DNA of 64,000 nt from Gracilinanus agilis (GCF_016433145.1 NC_058130.1:132977214-133041213), one strand, 5' to 3'; numbered from the stretch's first letter, positions 1 through 13,966 are shown. Numbers and translations are program-made. The notes: generated by a model from the letters alone, not told the origin.

Positions 1-334
1 TTTATTTTGACTTGAAATATTAGTCATGATTTTAAATTTCTACTTTTTAAAACCCATGTTGCAATCATATGATATCACTAATATTAAGTCAATGTCAATA
101 TTACTCAGTAACAACTATATTTCTTCCTATATTTTAAGTGCTTATTATTATACAGGCTGTAGAAACATTTTATTGATACTCTCTAGTTGACTGACACCAC
201 TTTCATCATTTCACTCAAAAACTATCAATGAATCCCTGCTGTCTAAAGTCCAAATACCTTAGTCCGAGGTGCCCCATAATTTGGTTCCAATCTGTCTTTC
301 CAAGCTTGTCTCCCACTACTCCTTTTTACAAATT

Positions 335-2610
335 ATTATTAAGAATATTTTTCCATGGTTACATGATTCATGATCTGTCCCCCCCCCCCTGCTTTCTCGT
401 CCCCCCTCCCAAAGCCGACAAACAGTTTCACTGGGTTATACATGTATCATTGTTCAAAACCTATTTCCATGTTATTCATATTTGCAGTAGAATGATTGTT
501 TAACATCAACACCCTAATCACATTCCTATCACACTACATGGTCCATCATATATTTTTTTAACACATTTCTGGTTCCACAGTACTTTCTCAGGATGTGGAT
601 AGCATTCTTTCTCCCAAATTTCTCTGGATTGTCCCCAGCCATTGTATTGCTGCTAGTAAAGAAGTTTGTTATGTTCAATTTTTACCACAGTGTATTGGTC
701 TCTGTGTACAATGTTCTCCTGGTTCTGCTCCTTTCATTCTGCATCAATTCCTAGAGTTCATTCCAGTTCGCATGGAATCCCTCCAGTTCATTATTCCATT
801 GAGCACAATAGTATTCCATCACCAACAGATACCACAATTTGTTCAGCCATTCCCCAATCAATGGACACCCCCTCATTTTCCAATTTTTTGCCACCACAAA
901 GAGTGCGGCTATAAATATTTTTGTACAAGCCTTTTTCCTTATTATCTCTTTGGGCACAAACCCAGCAATGGTGTGGCTGGATCAAAGGGCAGGCATTCTT
1001 TTAAAGCCCTTCATGCATTGTTCCAAATTGCCCTCCACCAGTAGTGTATTGGTGCCCAAATTTTGCCACCAACATTTGTCACTTTCCTTTGCTGTCATAT
1101 TGGCCAATCTGCTAGGGATGAGGTGGTACCTCAGAGTTGCTTTAATTTGCATTTCTCTAATCAGGAGGGATTTAGAACACTTTTTCATGTGCTTATTGAT
1201 AGTTTTGATTTCATCCTGTGAAAACTGCCAATTCATATCACTTGACCACTTGTTGATTGGGGAATGGCTTGATTTTTTTGTAGATTTGACATAGTTTCTT
1301 ATATATTTGAGAAATTAAACCTTTGTCAGAGAGTTTTGTTATAAAAATATTCTCCCAGTTTGTTGCTTTCCTTCTAATTTTGGTTGCATTGGTTTTGTTT
1401 GTACAAAAACTTTTAAATTTGATATAATAAAAGTCATTCATTTTACATTTTGCAACTATCTCTTGCTTGTTCTCTACCACTTGCTTGGTTCTAAATTTCT
1501 TCCTTTCCCACAGATATGACAGGTATACTAATCTATGTTCATCTAATTTATTTATGATTTCACTCTTTATATTTAAGTCATTTACCCATTTTGAATTTAT
1601 CTTGGTATAGGGTGTAAGAAAGATGTTGATCTAAATCTAATTTCCCCCATACTGTTTTCCAATTTTCCCAGCAGTTTTTGTCAAATAGTGGGTTTTTGTC
1701 CCAAAAGCTGGGATCTTTAGGTTTATCAAACACTAGACTGCTGAGGTCATTTACCCTTAGTCTATTCCACTGATTCCCCCTCCTTCTATCTTTTAGCCAG
1801 TACCATATTGTTTTGATTACTGCTTTATAGTACAATTTAAGATCTGGTACAGCTAGGCCCCCATCCTTCACTTTTTTTCCCCTTATTTCTCTCGATATTC
1901 TTGATCTTTTGTTCTTCCAGATGAACTTTGTTATAATTTTTTCTAATTCTATAAAAATGTTTTTGGTAGTTTAATAGGTATGGCACTGAATAAGTAGATT
2001 AATTTGTGTAGGATTGTCATTTTTATTATGTTAGCTCGTCCTACCCATGAGCAATTAATGTTTTCCCAATTGTTTAGATCTAGTTTTAATTGTGTAAAAA
2101 GTATTTTGTAGTTGTGTTCATATAATTCCTGTGTTTGTTTTGGCAGATAGATTCCTAAATATTTTATATTGTCTAGAGTGATTTTAAATGGAGTTTCTCT
2201 GACTTCTGCTGATGAGTTTTGTTGGAAATATATAGAAATGTTGATAATTTATGTGGTTTTATCTTGTGCCCTGCAACTTTACTAAAGTTGTTAATTATTT
2301 CCACTGTCCTTTTAGTTGATTTTCTGGGGTTCTTTAAGTATACCATCATATCATCTGCAAAGAGTGATAGTTTAGTTTCCTCATTGTCTACTTTAATCCC
2401 TTCAATTTCTTTTTCTTCTCTAATTGCTACTGCTAGCATTTCTAGTACAATATTGAATAAAAGAGGTGATCATAAGCATCCTTGCTTCACTCCTGATCTT
2501 ATTGGGAAGGCTTCTAAATTGTACCCATTGCAGATGATACTTCTGGTGGTTTTAAATATATACTGTTTATTATTTTGAGGAATGACCCTTCTATTCCTAT
2601 ACTTTCTAGT
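335..2610 (-). mobile_element. 5'-truncated LINE-1 (3' part of ORF2 plus 3' UTR), degenerate
   Basis: Minus-strand ORF fragments translate to typical L1 ORF2 C-terminal peptides ([15 protein letters not shown]...[11 protein letters not shown] at 2173-2439; GGLAVPDLKLYYKAVI at 1578-1871; MKKCSKSLLIREMQIK at 982-1236; YPKE..KTCTKIFIAALFVVAKNW-like at 751-957), broken by stops and frameshifts. Boundaries approximate. Confidence 0.9.
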
Positions 2611-2724
2611 GCCCACTACTCCTAATTCACTGTCTCCCACCCTTTTGCCTATGATGCAAATGCCCTCTGTATTTCTCCCAGCTCTCTAAATCCTCCTCTT
2701 CCTTTAAAACTAAGTTCAACTTAG

Positions 2725-3068
2725 TTGTGTGATCCTGGGCAAGTCACTTCATCGCCATTGCCTAGCCCTTACCAGTCTTCTACTTTGGAACCAATACATA
2801 GTATTGATTCTAAGATGGAAGATAAGGTTTTGTTTTGGTTTTTTGTATTTTTTTTAATTAAGATAATTTTCCCAGGGTTACATGATTCATGTTCTTTCTC
2901 TCCCCTCTTTCCACCCCCCCCCCATAGCCAACACACAATTCCACTGGGTTTTACATGTGTCATTGATTAAGACCTATTTCCACATTATTGATATTTGCAT
3001 TGGCGTGATCATTTAGAGTCTACATCCCCAATCATATCCCCAGGAAGATAAGGGTTTTTAAAAAACCA
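2725..3068. mobile_element. Partial marsupial SINE whose tail is interrupted by an antisense L1 3' fragment (2828-3042)
   Basis: SINE body (gtgtgatcctgggcaagtcactt...ctaagatggaagataagg). GGAAGATAAGG is duplicated at 2817-2827 and 3043-3053 around a T-rich tract plus L1 3' end. Confidence 0.8.
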
Positions 3069-4034
3069 ACTAAGTTCAAGTTCTACATTCCATCCAGACC
3101 TTCCCTAACTATCTTAGTTCAAAGGGATTTCTCCCTATTTTGAAATCCTGTGCTATTTAATGCTCTACCATACACTTTACACTTATTCTAGACTGTCTTT
3201 GGTTGTATGTACTTTTTCATGTACATATATGTCAGTAGCATGCATATATGTCCCTAGAAGACTGAGATTTCATACGTTGCTGAATGGCTAATCTGAATTT
3301 AATTCTATACAAGGAAGAATGAATTGGTAAAGTGAAAGTGAGAATTCTAATCTTGGAGTTTAAAAGTGCGAAGGAAGGGGGAACATGTCATCCAAACAAT
3401 CAGTGGTTTATTCAGTGCATACTCCATGCCAGGCACTGTATTAGACACCAGGGATATAAGTACAAAGAAATAAATTTATATCAAAATTTATATCAAATGA
3501 ATTTATATCAAAATGAAATTTTAGAAAAGTAGATTTCAGAAAGTCCACAGGAAAAGATATGTAATTCCATGGACAAAGTGGTTAGTGGACAATAAAAGGG
3601 AATATGGGTTCATACAAGGTGAATAGTGCAACCTTGGATGTTATGATGTGAATGGAAAAGAAAGCCACAATCCGCTTCCCTACCACTCTTGCATTCTTGT
3701 GGAAACTGAGCAAACCATACTACTGTGATCAGAAACTGTTGTATTCTGTATTGTGATCTAGATTCTCCTAAAAAAAAAAGAATAAAATATCATTTCTATC
3801 CTTAAAAATTTCTCTAATAATAAACTCTAAATAAACTAAAAAACTCTCCAATAATAAGACTATGACAATCCAATACCACATAATCTGACAGGAGAGAAAA
3901 TTGGAAGAAGTCATTGTGGTTATCAATGAGGTGATATTTTACAAGAACAAGTTCAAAAGATGGAAGTTGGAAGAATACCTACAGGATTAAGGAAAAAATA
4001 GTCCTAGAAGAATGTGTCAGAAAAGCCAAAACTA

Positions 4035-4229
4035 GGGGACAGCTGGGTGGCTCAATGGATTGAGAGCCAAGACCAGAGATGGGAGATCCTATGTTCAAAT
4101 CTGACCTCAGATACTTCCTAGCTTTGTGACCCTGGGCAAATCACTTGACCCACATTGTTTAGTCCTTACCACTCTTCTACCTCGGAACCAATATTGATTC
4201 TAAGATGGAAGCTAAGGGTTAAAAAAAAA
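4035..4229 (+). mobile_element. Full-length CORE-type marsupial SINE (SINE1_Mdo-like) with TSD
   Basis: ggggacagctgggtggctcaatgg...gttcaaatctgacctcagatacttcctagc...A-tail. aaaagccaaaact occurs at 4021-4033 and 4226-4238. Confidence 0.85.
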
Positions 4230-4794
4230 GCCAAAACTCAAAATTTATGGTTGTTGAAAACAAGGAACAATAAAATGGCTTTTTTTTTTTAAGTTCTGTT
4301 TAGACCCATAAAAACAAGGAAGTGATAGGCCCTCTGCTTAGAGCTTATGGTGTAATGCTAACAGACAACAGAGAAAAAGAAGAATTACTCAATCTTATGT
4401 CACTTCTGTTTTTCTTTTTAATCAAGGAGAATGATTTTCAAGATGGAAATAGTGTGACATGTAGTAGAAAGAGTGCATGAACAATCATGGTTAAAGAGAA
4501 ATTAAAATTGTAATAGGCGAAGAGGACACTTAGCTGCTTTAAATGGGTTGAATTTTCCAAGCCCAACAAAATACATTTCCAGTACTGAAAGAAAGCCAGC
4601 AAAATCAGAACCACTTTGGGGAATTCTAGAGAATGGAAGTAGGTATCAAAAAATTGGAGAGGGCCAAGTGTTTCAATTTTTGAAAAGAGTAAATAAAGAA
4701 TAAAGACCAGTGAGTCTATTGTAAGTCTCTGGCAAAATTCTAGAGCAGACAATTGAACAGATGTTTTAAATTCACTTAGAAAAAGAAAGGGTAT

Positions 4795-4964
4795 GGGGCA
4801 GCTAGACAGCTCCATGGATAAAGAGCCAGACCTAGAGAGAGGGTCCTGGGTTCAAATCTGAGCTCAGATGCTTCCTAGATGTATGGTCCTGGGCAGGTCA
4901 CTTAACCCCCATTGCTTAGCCCTTACTGCTCTTCTGCTTTGGAATAAATACACAGTATTGACTC
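4795..4964 (+). mobile_element. Marsupial SINE ending in an (AAAGG)n tail
   Basis: ggggcagctagacagctc...gggttcaaatctg...cacttaacccccattgcttagcc. Confidence 0.8.
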
Positions 4965-5013
4965 AAAGGAAAGGAAAGGAAAGGAAAGGAAAGGAAAGGA
5001 AAGGAAAGGAAAG
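4965..5013 (+). repeat. (AAAGG)n pentanucleotide microsatellite
   Basis: About 10 perfect tandem AAAGG units read directly. Confidence 0.95.
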
Positions 5014-5577
5014 TGTTATCCCTAGAAATCATTGTAGATTCACTAAGTTATACTGAACTAAACTGATTTCCTTTTTTATCAGATTACTGGATTGGTAGAC
5101 CTGGAGAATGTGGTCATTCTCCAATGCTGTGGAAACAATATGTCTTGATTCTAGCAAGGGACATGAGAAAATATCTCAAGATATCCATGTGAACGAGGGA
5201 ACGAGATATGGTCTGGACAATGAATCATAAGTACAGCTAGGAATAGTCAGAGCTGGTTGAAAAATCATATTCAGAGTATCAACCTGGAGAGATGTTGCAG
5301 GCAGAGGTCCATCTTTGACTTTATCCTATTTGATGTGTATTTTTTTAAAACCCTTACTTTCTTTTTTGTTAACAAGCCTAAGAAAGAAGGGCAAAGACTG
5401 AGCAAATGGTCTTTAGACTTGCCTATGGAAGTCCTATGAAAAACTACTTAGGGACTTTATTTGACTGAAATTAAGAGTGAAAAATGAAATTAAGTGTCCC
5501 TGATAAGTCTATGTCCCAAAGAGATTAATTAATTTGATGAGCTTACTCCTCTTTAGCTAACTTATTGATGAAAAACA

Positions 5578-5780
5578 CTGGGGACAGCTATGTGGCACAG
5601 TGGATAGAGCACCAGGTCTGGGGTTAGGAGCACCTGGGTTCAAATTTGGTCTCAGAGACTTCCTAGCTGTATGAACCTGGGCAAGTCTATTTGCCCAGCC
5701 CTTACTGCTCTTTTTCTGCCTTAGAACCCATACTCAGTATTCTAAAGAAATAAGGTAAGAGTTTAAAAAAAAAAAAAAGA
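5578..5780 (+). mobile_element. Marsupial SINE
   Basis: gggacagctatgtggcacagtggatagagc...gggttcaaatttgg...A-rich tail. Confidence 0.8.
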
Positions 5781-5803
5781 AAAGAAACTATAAAGAGCAT
5801 TTT

Positions 5804-7188
5804 AATATTTTTTTTTAACATTTAATAATATTTATTTTTTAGAAAATTTAACATGGTTACATGATTCATGCTCTTACTTTCCCCTTCACCCCCCCCCCAA
5901 TAGTCGATGCACATTTCCACTAGTTTTAACTTGTGACATTGATCAAGACCTATTTCCAAATTGTTGATAGTTGCATTGGTGTGGTAGTTTCGAGTCTACA
6001 TCCCCAATCATGTCCGCCTCAACCCATGTGTTCAAGCAGTTGCTTTTCTTCTGTGTTTCCACTCCTGCAGTTCTTCCTCTGAATGTGGGTAGCGTTCTTT
6101 TCCATAAGTCCCTCAGAATTGTCCTGGTTCATTACTACTAGTACAGAAGTCCATTACATTCTATTTTACCACAGTGTATTGGTCTCTGTGTACAATGTTC
6201 TTCTGGCTCTGCTCCTTTCACTCTGCATCAATTCCTGGAGGTCTTTCCAGTTCACATGGAATTCCTCCAGTTTATTATTCCTTTGAGCACAATAGTATTC
6301 CATCACCAGCATATACCACAATTTGTTCAGCCATTCCCCAATGGAAGGGCATACCCTCATTTTCCAGGTTTTTGCCACCACAAAAAGTACAGCTATAAAT
6401 ATTTTTGTACAAGTCTGTTTATTTATGATCTCTTTGGGGTACAAACCCAACAATGGTATGACTGGATCAAAGGGCAGGCATTCTTTTATCGCTCTTTGGG
6501 CATAGTTCCAAATTGCCCTCCAGAATGGTTGGATCAGTTCACAACTCTACCAGCAATGCATTAATGTCCCAATTTTGCCACATCCCCTCCAACATTCATT
6601 ACTCTCTCCTTCTATCATTTTAACCAATCTACTAGGTGTGAGGTGATATCTCAGAGTTGTTTTGATTTGCATTTCTCTAATTATTAAAGATTTAGAACAC
6701 TTTCTCATGTGCTTATTGATACTTTTGGTTTCTTTATCTGAAAATTGCCTATTCATGTCCCTTGCCCATTTATCAATTGGGGAATGGCTTGATTTTTTAT
6801 ATAATTGATTTAACTCCTTGTATATTTGAGTAATTAGATCCCTGTCAGAGTTTTTTGTTATAAAGATTTTTTCCCAATTTGTTGTTTCCCTTCTGATTTT
6901 GGCTGCATTGTTTTTGTTTGTACAAAAGCTTTTTAGTTTTTAGATATAATCAAAACCATTTAATTTACATTTTGTAATTTTCTCTAACTCTTGCTTGGTT
7001 TTAAAATCTTTCCTTTCCTAGAGATCTGACAAGTATACTAGTCTGTGTTCACTTAACTTATTTATAGTTTCCCTCTTTATATTCAAGTCATTCACCCATT
7101 CTGAATTTATCTTGGTGCAGGGTGTGAGATGTTGATCTAAACCTAATCTCTCCCATATTGTTTTCCAAATTTCCCAGCAGTTTTTGTC
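5804..7188 (-). mobile_element. 5'-truncated LINE-1 (~1.4 kb) with 13-bp TSD
   Basis: ORF2 C-terminal peptides (MRKCSKSLIIREMQIKTTLRYHLTP; LGLYPKEIINKQTCTKIF). TAAAGAGCATTTT is present at 5791-5803 and 7189-7201. Confidence 0.9.
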
Positions 7189-8256
7189 TAAAGAGCATTT
7201 TATGATGAAGGAAGAGTTCTCTGAAGGTCTCAGAGAAACCTGTATAAACTTGTATGAACCGTTGTAAAATTAATCAAGCAAAACTGGGAGAACAATTCAT
7301 AAAATAACAGTATTATAAAGTCACATAACTTTGAATGGCTTAAAAACTCTGATCAACATAATGACCAACCCCAATTTCAGAGGACTCATGATGAAACATG
7401 CTACTTACCTCCTGATAGAGAAATGGAGAGATTCTTTTTTTGAATGTGGTTAGTATGGAAATTTGTTTTGCTTGATGATTCATGTTTATAAAAGAGATTT
7501 TTGTTTCTTTCTTTTTCAATGGGACATGGGAGGAAATATTAGGTAGGAGGGAGAGAATGAAGACCTGAAAGTAAAATAAAATTGAAATTTTAAAAATTAG
7601 TGTAAGCCATATAATGTACCTATCCCCCCCTCAAAAAAAATTGATTCAGTTTTTTTTTTTTTTTTAAACCCTTACCTTGCATCTTAGAATGGATGCTATG
7701 TGTTGGTTCCAAGACAGAAGAGCAATAAGGCAAGGAAATGGGGGTTAAGTGACTTGCCCAGGGTCACACAACTCAGAAATATCTTTTATCTTTAGGCGGG
7801 GCTCCCAATCCACTAAATCACCTAGTTGCTCCCAGCTAGTTTAATTTTAAGCTACATGAATAGTGTCTATGATAAAGAAATCCCTAATTCCCTGGTCAGA
7901 AAATATTTAGAGCAGTGTATTATGGTTCTGGAAGTTATAGTTTAAAAGGAACTTTTAAATAAATGGAGCAGATCTTGAAGTAAAACCAGATTTAGAGACC
8001 ACATCATATGAGAAATAGCTAAAGGAACTATGTTCGTTTATTTAACACAAAAAAATAGAAAGCTTAGGGGATGGGAAATTATTTGGCTGCAGAGTTCAAC
8101 ACTAATAGTAATAGGAAAACATTGGAGAGAGATAAATTTAGACTTAGCATAAGGAAAAGCTTGCTGTCCCCCCAGAAGCAGTAGATTCACCCTCATAGGA
8201 AGTCTTCAATCAACATCTGGATTATTATTTGACAGCTAAGTTGTAGGGTATTTTTG

Positions 8257-8259
<3 letters not shown>

Positions 8260-8289
<30 letters not shown>
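8260..8289. repeat. (TA)n microsatellite
   Basis: Perfect TA run read directly. Confidence 0.95.
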
Positions 8290-8296
<7 letters not shown>

Positions 8297-9439
8297 GGTT
8301 GAAAATCATAAAGGCTGATATTACTAGAGAAATTAATATTTTAATTAAAGCCATGTTGATAAAATAAATCTACCACGTGCCTGTAAAAAATTCAAATTCC
8401 CGCCTCTGCCATTTTCTTCCATGCCTTCCCTACTCCTCTCTGTCCCCCGGAGCCCACTCAGGTAGTAAATGAGACCATCTCAAGGCAGACCTCCAAATTT
8501 AAGCTGCCCTATACGTTGGTTCCCGTTGTCTCATGTTTAACCGGAAACTCATTGGATCACGGGGAATGTAGTCTCAAAGTCCCCCACCTGTCCACAGGAA
8601 GTTTGTAAGATACTTTTAAATGGCATCTCCCTGAATTCCAAACACACACAAGTCCTTGCACATAGTAGGCACCCAATAAATATAGGCATCCAATAAACAT
8701 CTGTTGACAGTAGTGGGAAGAGGTCCATATCTCTTGACAATGAATAGCTATACAACTGGGACAAATCATTCTATTTTTCTGGGCCACCTACAAAATTAAG
8801 AGATTGGGTAAGATGATTCATTTATTAATCATTTCTAACTTGTGGTTTCAGTTTAGGCCAAGGTCATATTCATTGGAGCTTAACCAGAATTCCTATGAAC
8901 TGTAGAACTAGAGAAAAGGGCTAAGTAGATTCTCTAATCAACACAAGCGCTTTCTTTTTGGTAAGGATTTTTTTTTTTAAATCTTGTTTTAAAATCTAAG
9001 CTATTGTTAAGTACATATTTGGGTTTTTAGTTTTGTTGTTGTTGTGGTCAACCCAAACCTTTTCCATTAGAAGTGGCCAAATTTAGAAATATCCCTGAAG
9101 GTACCAAGGCAAACAAAGGAGCATAATGAAATCATGTATTGGTATAAATACCAAGGCTGCTCAAGTACAGAAGGTCTAAATCCTCACAAAGGATTGTTGA
9201 TTTGGTAAAGACCTATGAACTGTAACAAGAACCCCATGGAAAGGACTTTACACAACATGGAAAGGGGGAATGCGAGATACTGAGAAAAAAAAACAGGAAA
9301 AAAGAAAATGCAATTGTTGCATTGAATTAGCTGCTGCCACTGGGAGCCATTCTAGATCCCAATAAAGATATCCAGAATTAGATATACAGGTCAGTGTACC
9401 CAAAGACACTTGGTGTAATTTTCTAGGAGGGAAATGTAA

Positions 9440-10680
9440 AAAAAAAAAAAAATTTTATTTTATTTTTTCCCCAATTACATGTAAAAACAGTTTCCAACTT
9501 TTTTCAAAGAATAGTCTAGAATTCTCTCCTATCCTTCTCCTCACTCCCCCTTGAGATGGTAAGCAATCTCACATATTTTACATATTCCATCATATAAAAC
9601 ATTTTTTCCTTATTAATCCTTTTGTGAAAATAAACTCAAATAGAAAAAAGCTAAGAAAGCGAAAAAGTTTGCTTAAGTTTGGAAGTAGATGGCATTTTTT
9701 TTTATCATAAGTCCTTTGGGATAGTTTTGGATCATTGTATTCCTGAGAATAGCTATAATTCACAGTTGTTCAATATGAAGTATTCCTGTCACTGTACAAT
9801 GTTCTCCTACTTCTACTTATTTCACTCTGCTTCAGTTCATGTTAAGTCTTTCCAGGTTTTTCTGAGCTCCTCCTGCTTGTCTCTTACAGCCCAATAATAT
9901 TACATTACAATCATATACTATAACTTAGTCATTTCCCAATTGTATCGCTTCACTTTCTAAATCTTTACCACCCCCCAAAAGAGCTGCTGTAAATATTTTT
10001 GTACATATAGGTCCTTCCCCCCCTCTTTTTTTTTAATCTCTTTGGGATACAAACTTACAAATGCTATTTCTTGGTTAAAGCATATGTAATGTTTTATAGC
10101 CTTATGGACATAGTCCAAATTGCTCTTCTGAATGCTTGAATCAGTTCACAACTCCCGTATCTGTGTCTCATATTTCCCACATTCCCTTCAAGTTTTGTCA
10201 TTTTCCTTTTCTGTCATAATAGCCAGCATGATAGGTGTGAGGTGGTACCTAAGAGTTATTTGCATTTTTTAATTAATAGCAATTTAGAGCATTTTTTGCA
10301 TGAGAATAGAGTTTTAATTACTTTGAGAACTGCCTATTCATATCTTTTGAACATGTGTCAATTGGGAAATGACTAGTATTCTTATATATTCAACTAATTT
10401 TTCTATGTATTTAAGAAATAACGCCTTTATTAGAGACCTGTAAAAAAATGTTTTGCACTATTGTGATTACTATGTATTACTTTCCATTCTATTTACCCCT
10501 GTTTAGTTTCTCCCCTCCCCTCCCCCAATTTGCCCTTTTTTCTATCAGTTCCACCCCCATTCTCTTATTCCCTTCCCCTCCTACTTTTCTGTAGTGTAAG
10601 ATAGCTTTCTATACCCATTTGATTCTGTATATTCTTCCCTCATTGAGCCACTTCTGATGAGAGTTAGGTTCACACGCTCT
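9440..10680 (-). mobile_element. Older degenerate LINE-1 3' region
   Basis: Diverged paralogue of the L1 copies at 335-2610 and 5804-7188 (e.g. ataggtgtgaggtggtacctaagagtt at ~10231, gagaactgcctattcatatc). Boundaries approximate. Confidence 0.7.
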
Positions 10681-13019
10681 AGGAGAGCAGATTTTTAACT
10701 GGGGAGGGGGAAATGTAGAGGACCAGCAGAAATGGCAACAATTGCAGACAGTATAAGAGCAGGAAAGAAATTCCTAGACAAACAGAAGAATTCTAGGATG
10801 GAAGGTTCTAGACAGGAAAGGAATTCCTAGACAATGCCAAGTCATTAGATAAAAGAGATGAAGGAGAATAAGACTAGAACAATGATGCTGAGAGAGCCCC
10901 CCCCCCCCCAGACCTTCCTTTTCACCAGTTCCATAAATGACAAGTGGATCAAATTTTGGCAGTGTTGTCAACCCTAAAGCTTTCTATTTTCTGGAGACTC
11001 CAACCAGAGTAGTTCTATAAGATCAGAGATGAAACGGATTTCTGGGAAGGTACAATTCACAGGAGCCACAGAGTGAATCAGGGTTGATTTTCTTGAGCCT
11101 AAATGCTTTGACTTTTATTGGGATGGAATGGGAGGGCCTCCACTCTTGAGGAATCCCTGGAGAAGTGGGAAAGAATCATTAGGTTTAGGATAGATAGAGT
11201 GGCAGGCCTAGACTCAGGAGGACCTGGGTTCAAATATGATCTCAGGTATTTCCTAACTATGTGAACCTGGGCAAGCTACTTAACTCCTTTTGCCTAATGG
11301 TTAGGCCCTAACCTCTGTCACTTTTCTGTCTTAGAATTCATAAAGACACAAGTTTTTTGTTTTTGTTTTTTAATTATCTTATCAGTATATGCATAGGCTG
11401 TGAGCCTTTTACAGTTTGTATTTTCCATCAAGTTAAATGAACTAATCAACAAACATTTATTAATAAATAATAATTAATTATTTATTAACTAAATAATAAT
11501 TTATTAGTTAAATGATAATTAATTACTACTCTGTGTCAAGCTTTGTTCTTGGCATTGGGGATACAGGTAAAAGTCATGCTTGGAAAATTTATCACTCTCT
11601 CTGGCTGGCTCTATGACATGCATTTTATCTCCTCAAAATGTCTACCTAGATCATCTTGTCATCTGCCCTCCTGCTCCACACTTAACCTCTCCATCTATTT
11701 TCATCTCCTATTCTGGGCAAAGTAATTAAATCAATACTGCCATTGCTTCTGGGTGAATGGGCTGCCCTACAGATCCGCTTACCATCATAGTGACTCCACA
11801 AACCAAAACTTTCTTCCCTCAAGAGGATACTCTTGTCAGAGCCTCCCCTCTCTGTGGTAGATAAAAGTGAGTGAAGAGACTGGTGGTGCCCTCCCTTTCT
11901 TGAACTTCCCTTTTTAACTGTTCCCTTTATAGAAGACAGACCAGTGCACAGCAGAGTGGACCTGATTTGGGGGGAAGGGAAGCCTAACTTCCCTATTCTT
12001 GTCAAGGATACCCAGGTTCATCATCTTTTACTCTATTTTTCTTCCTCTCCGAAGTCTAATCCATTATCAAGTCCTGTTTCTTCCTCCATAATGTCTCATA
12101 TTCATCCCTTTCTCTCCATACTATCACCGCCCTAGTTCAGGCCTTCATCAACACTTGCCTGAATTATTTAAAGAACCACCTAATCATCATCCTTTTCTGG
12201 AGTTTCTCCAGTTTCTGATCCATTCTCTTCTACACAGCTGCCAAAGTGGTATTCTTAATGCTTAGTTCTGATCTGATCACATCATTTTCCTACTGATGTT
12301 TCCGTGTTGCTTCTAGGATCAAATACAATTTCCTCTGCTTCATATTTAAAGCTTTTTGATATATGGTCCAGATTACTTTTCTAGACTTATTACACATTTT
12401 TCTTCTCACACACTTGACCTCACAGCTAAACTGGCTTTCTTACCAGGTAGTTGTCCTCCATCTTTAATCTCTGTTCCTTTGTACACGTTTTCTTCCCTGC
12501 CCAGAGCGTTCTCCCTCCCTCTTTTCTTCTGCCTTTCAGAATCTCTGGTTTCCTTCCAGACAGAACTCAAACACCACCTTCTGTTGGAGGTCCTCCCCAG
12601 GCCCCCTTGCTGCCAAGTGCCTCCTTTCTAAGGTTTCCATCCTTCTGTCCTGTAAGTATCTTATATGTACAACATCTGCTTACTCTTAGTCTCATGACTA
12701 TGGGGCAGATTTATAAGTATGGTTCAGAGTCATAGTAATTCTGTGCTTGGTAGTCTAGTCATTAAATGACTCATGCTTATGCCCCCAGTACAGCTCTCTA
12801 ACAGTGGGCCAAGGTTAAGCTCCCAGCCCGGTGCTGTGAGTGATCTTCTTTTCTGTATGGTACACTTTGCACTTTCATGTGGAACCTAAAGGGATGCAAA
12901 GCAACATAAAGGCAGAGGCAACCACAGGCACTGATGAGAAATAACATAAAATCTGCCATGTGCATCCTTTAACAGAATACAAAAAATTAAGCAAAAGTAA
13001 GGCAGGAGAGGACTAGGGA

Positions 13020-13020
<1 letters not shown>

Positions 13021-13050
<30 letters not shown>
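13021..13050. repeat. (CA)n microsatellite
   Basis: 15 CA units read directly. Confidence 0.95.
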
Positions 13051-13051
<1 letters not shown>

Positions 13052-13966
13052 CTCTTTCTCCTTGATGGGTGGTTTGTTTCTTTCAGAGTTCCTGATAGAG
13101 TGCCCAAGATAAAAACAGAGTGACAAGCCTTTCCACTTATCCATTTAGAAGTCATCTCTCTTGATCTTGACGGAGGTAACTGCAGATGGAGAGAGGAGCC
13201 ATTTTGCCATGGTCTGTTGCATTACTGTCATGGGACAACCACCACTTCTCCCTTCTTTCCTCCTCCTTAAGAGTCCCCAAACTCTCCAACCTGTCTAAAG
13301 ACTGATCTCATTTTAGTTTTCTCTCTTCCCAAACTGAGAAGGAATGCCAATTCTAGGGCTATCCAGAACTCTTGCCAGAGGTTATTACATAGGAACATAT
13401 TTATATACACATCAAATGCCACCTTAAAGTGTAAGCTCCTTGAAGAGAGAGAGACTTCTAGTTGTTGTGGCAACTTGTATCCCCAGGGTTTAGTGCCTTT
13501 TACATAGTTGGCATTGAATGAATTCTTGTGGCCTGGTTGTTGCCTGCAGTGCTCCTCTGGAATCATTCATGGATGCCTGGGAGCAGAGGCTCATGGGATT
13601 TGTGAGTATGTGCCCACCCAGCCTGGAAGAAGAGGGTAGGCTTTGGAGGGGACATGTAAAGAATGGATATGCACTTGCTCACTTGGCCAGAGAGGAGAAT
13701 TTATGGACAATGCTCCTGAACCCCAATTTGCTGAATAGAAGTGGGAGGATTTGGATTATCTGGGCAACATAATCCCAAATTTAACCTTCTTATAAAGAAA
13801 GGAGATTTCCTGAGCAGAACCAGCCTTATGAGTGACCCCCACTTAAAGTTTGTATTATTTCAAAAGATCAGGCATCAGATTTTTCTAAAGAAAAATCCTG
13901 AAAAGCATCCAGCTTTGTTGAAATAAGAGGATCACCCACTTGGCCTCAGAAGTTGAAGGTCTAAGG

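Noticed and set aside
595-7000. Many 60-150 aa ORFs in the first 7 kb
   Set aside because: They are sense/antisense fragments of degenerate L1 ORF2, not genes.
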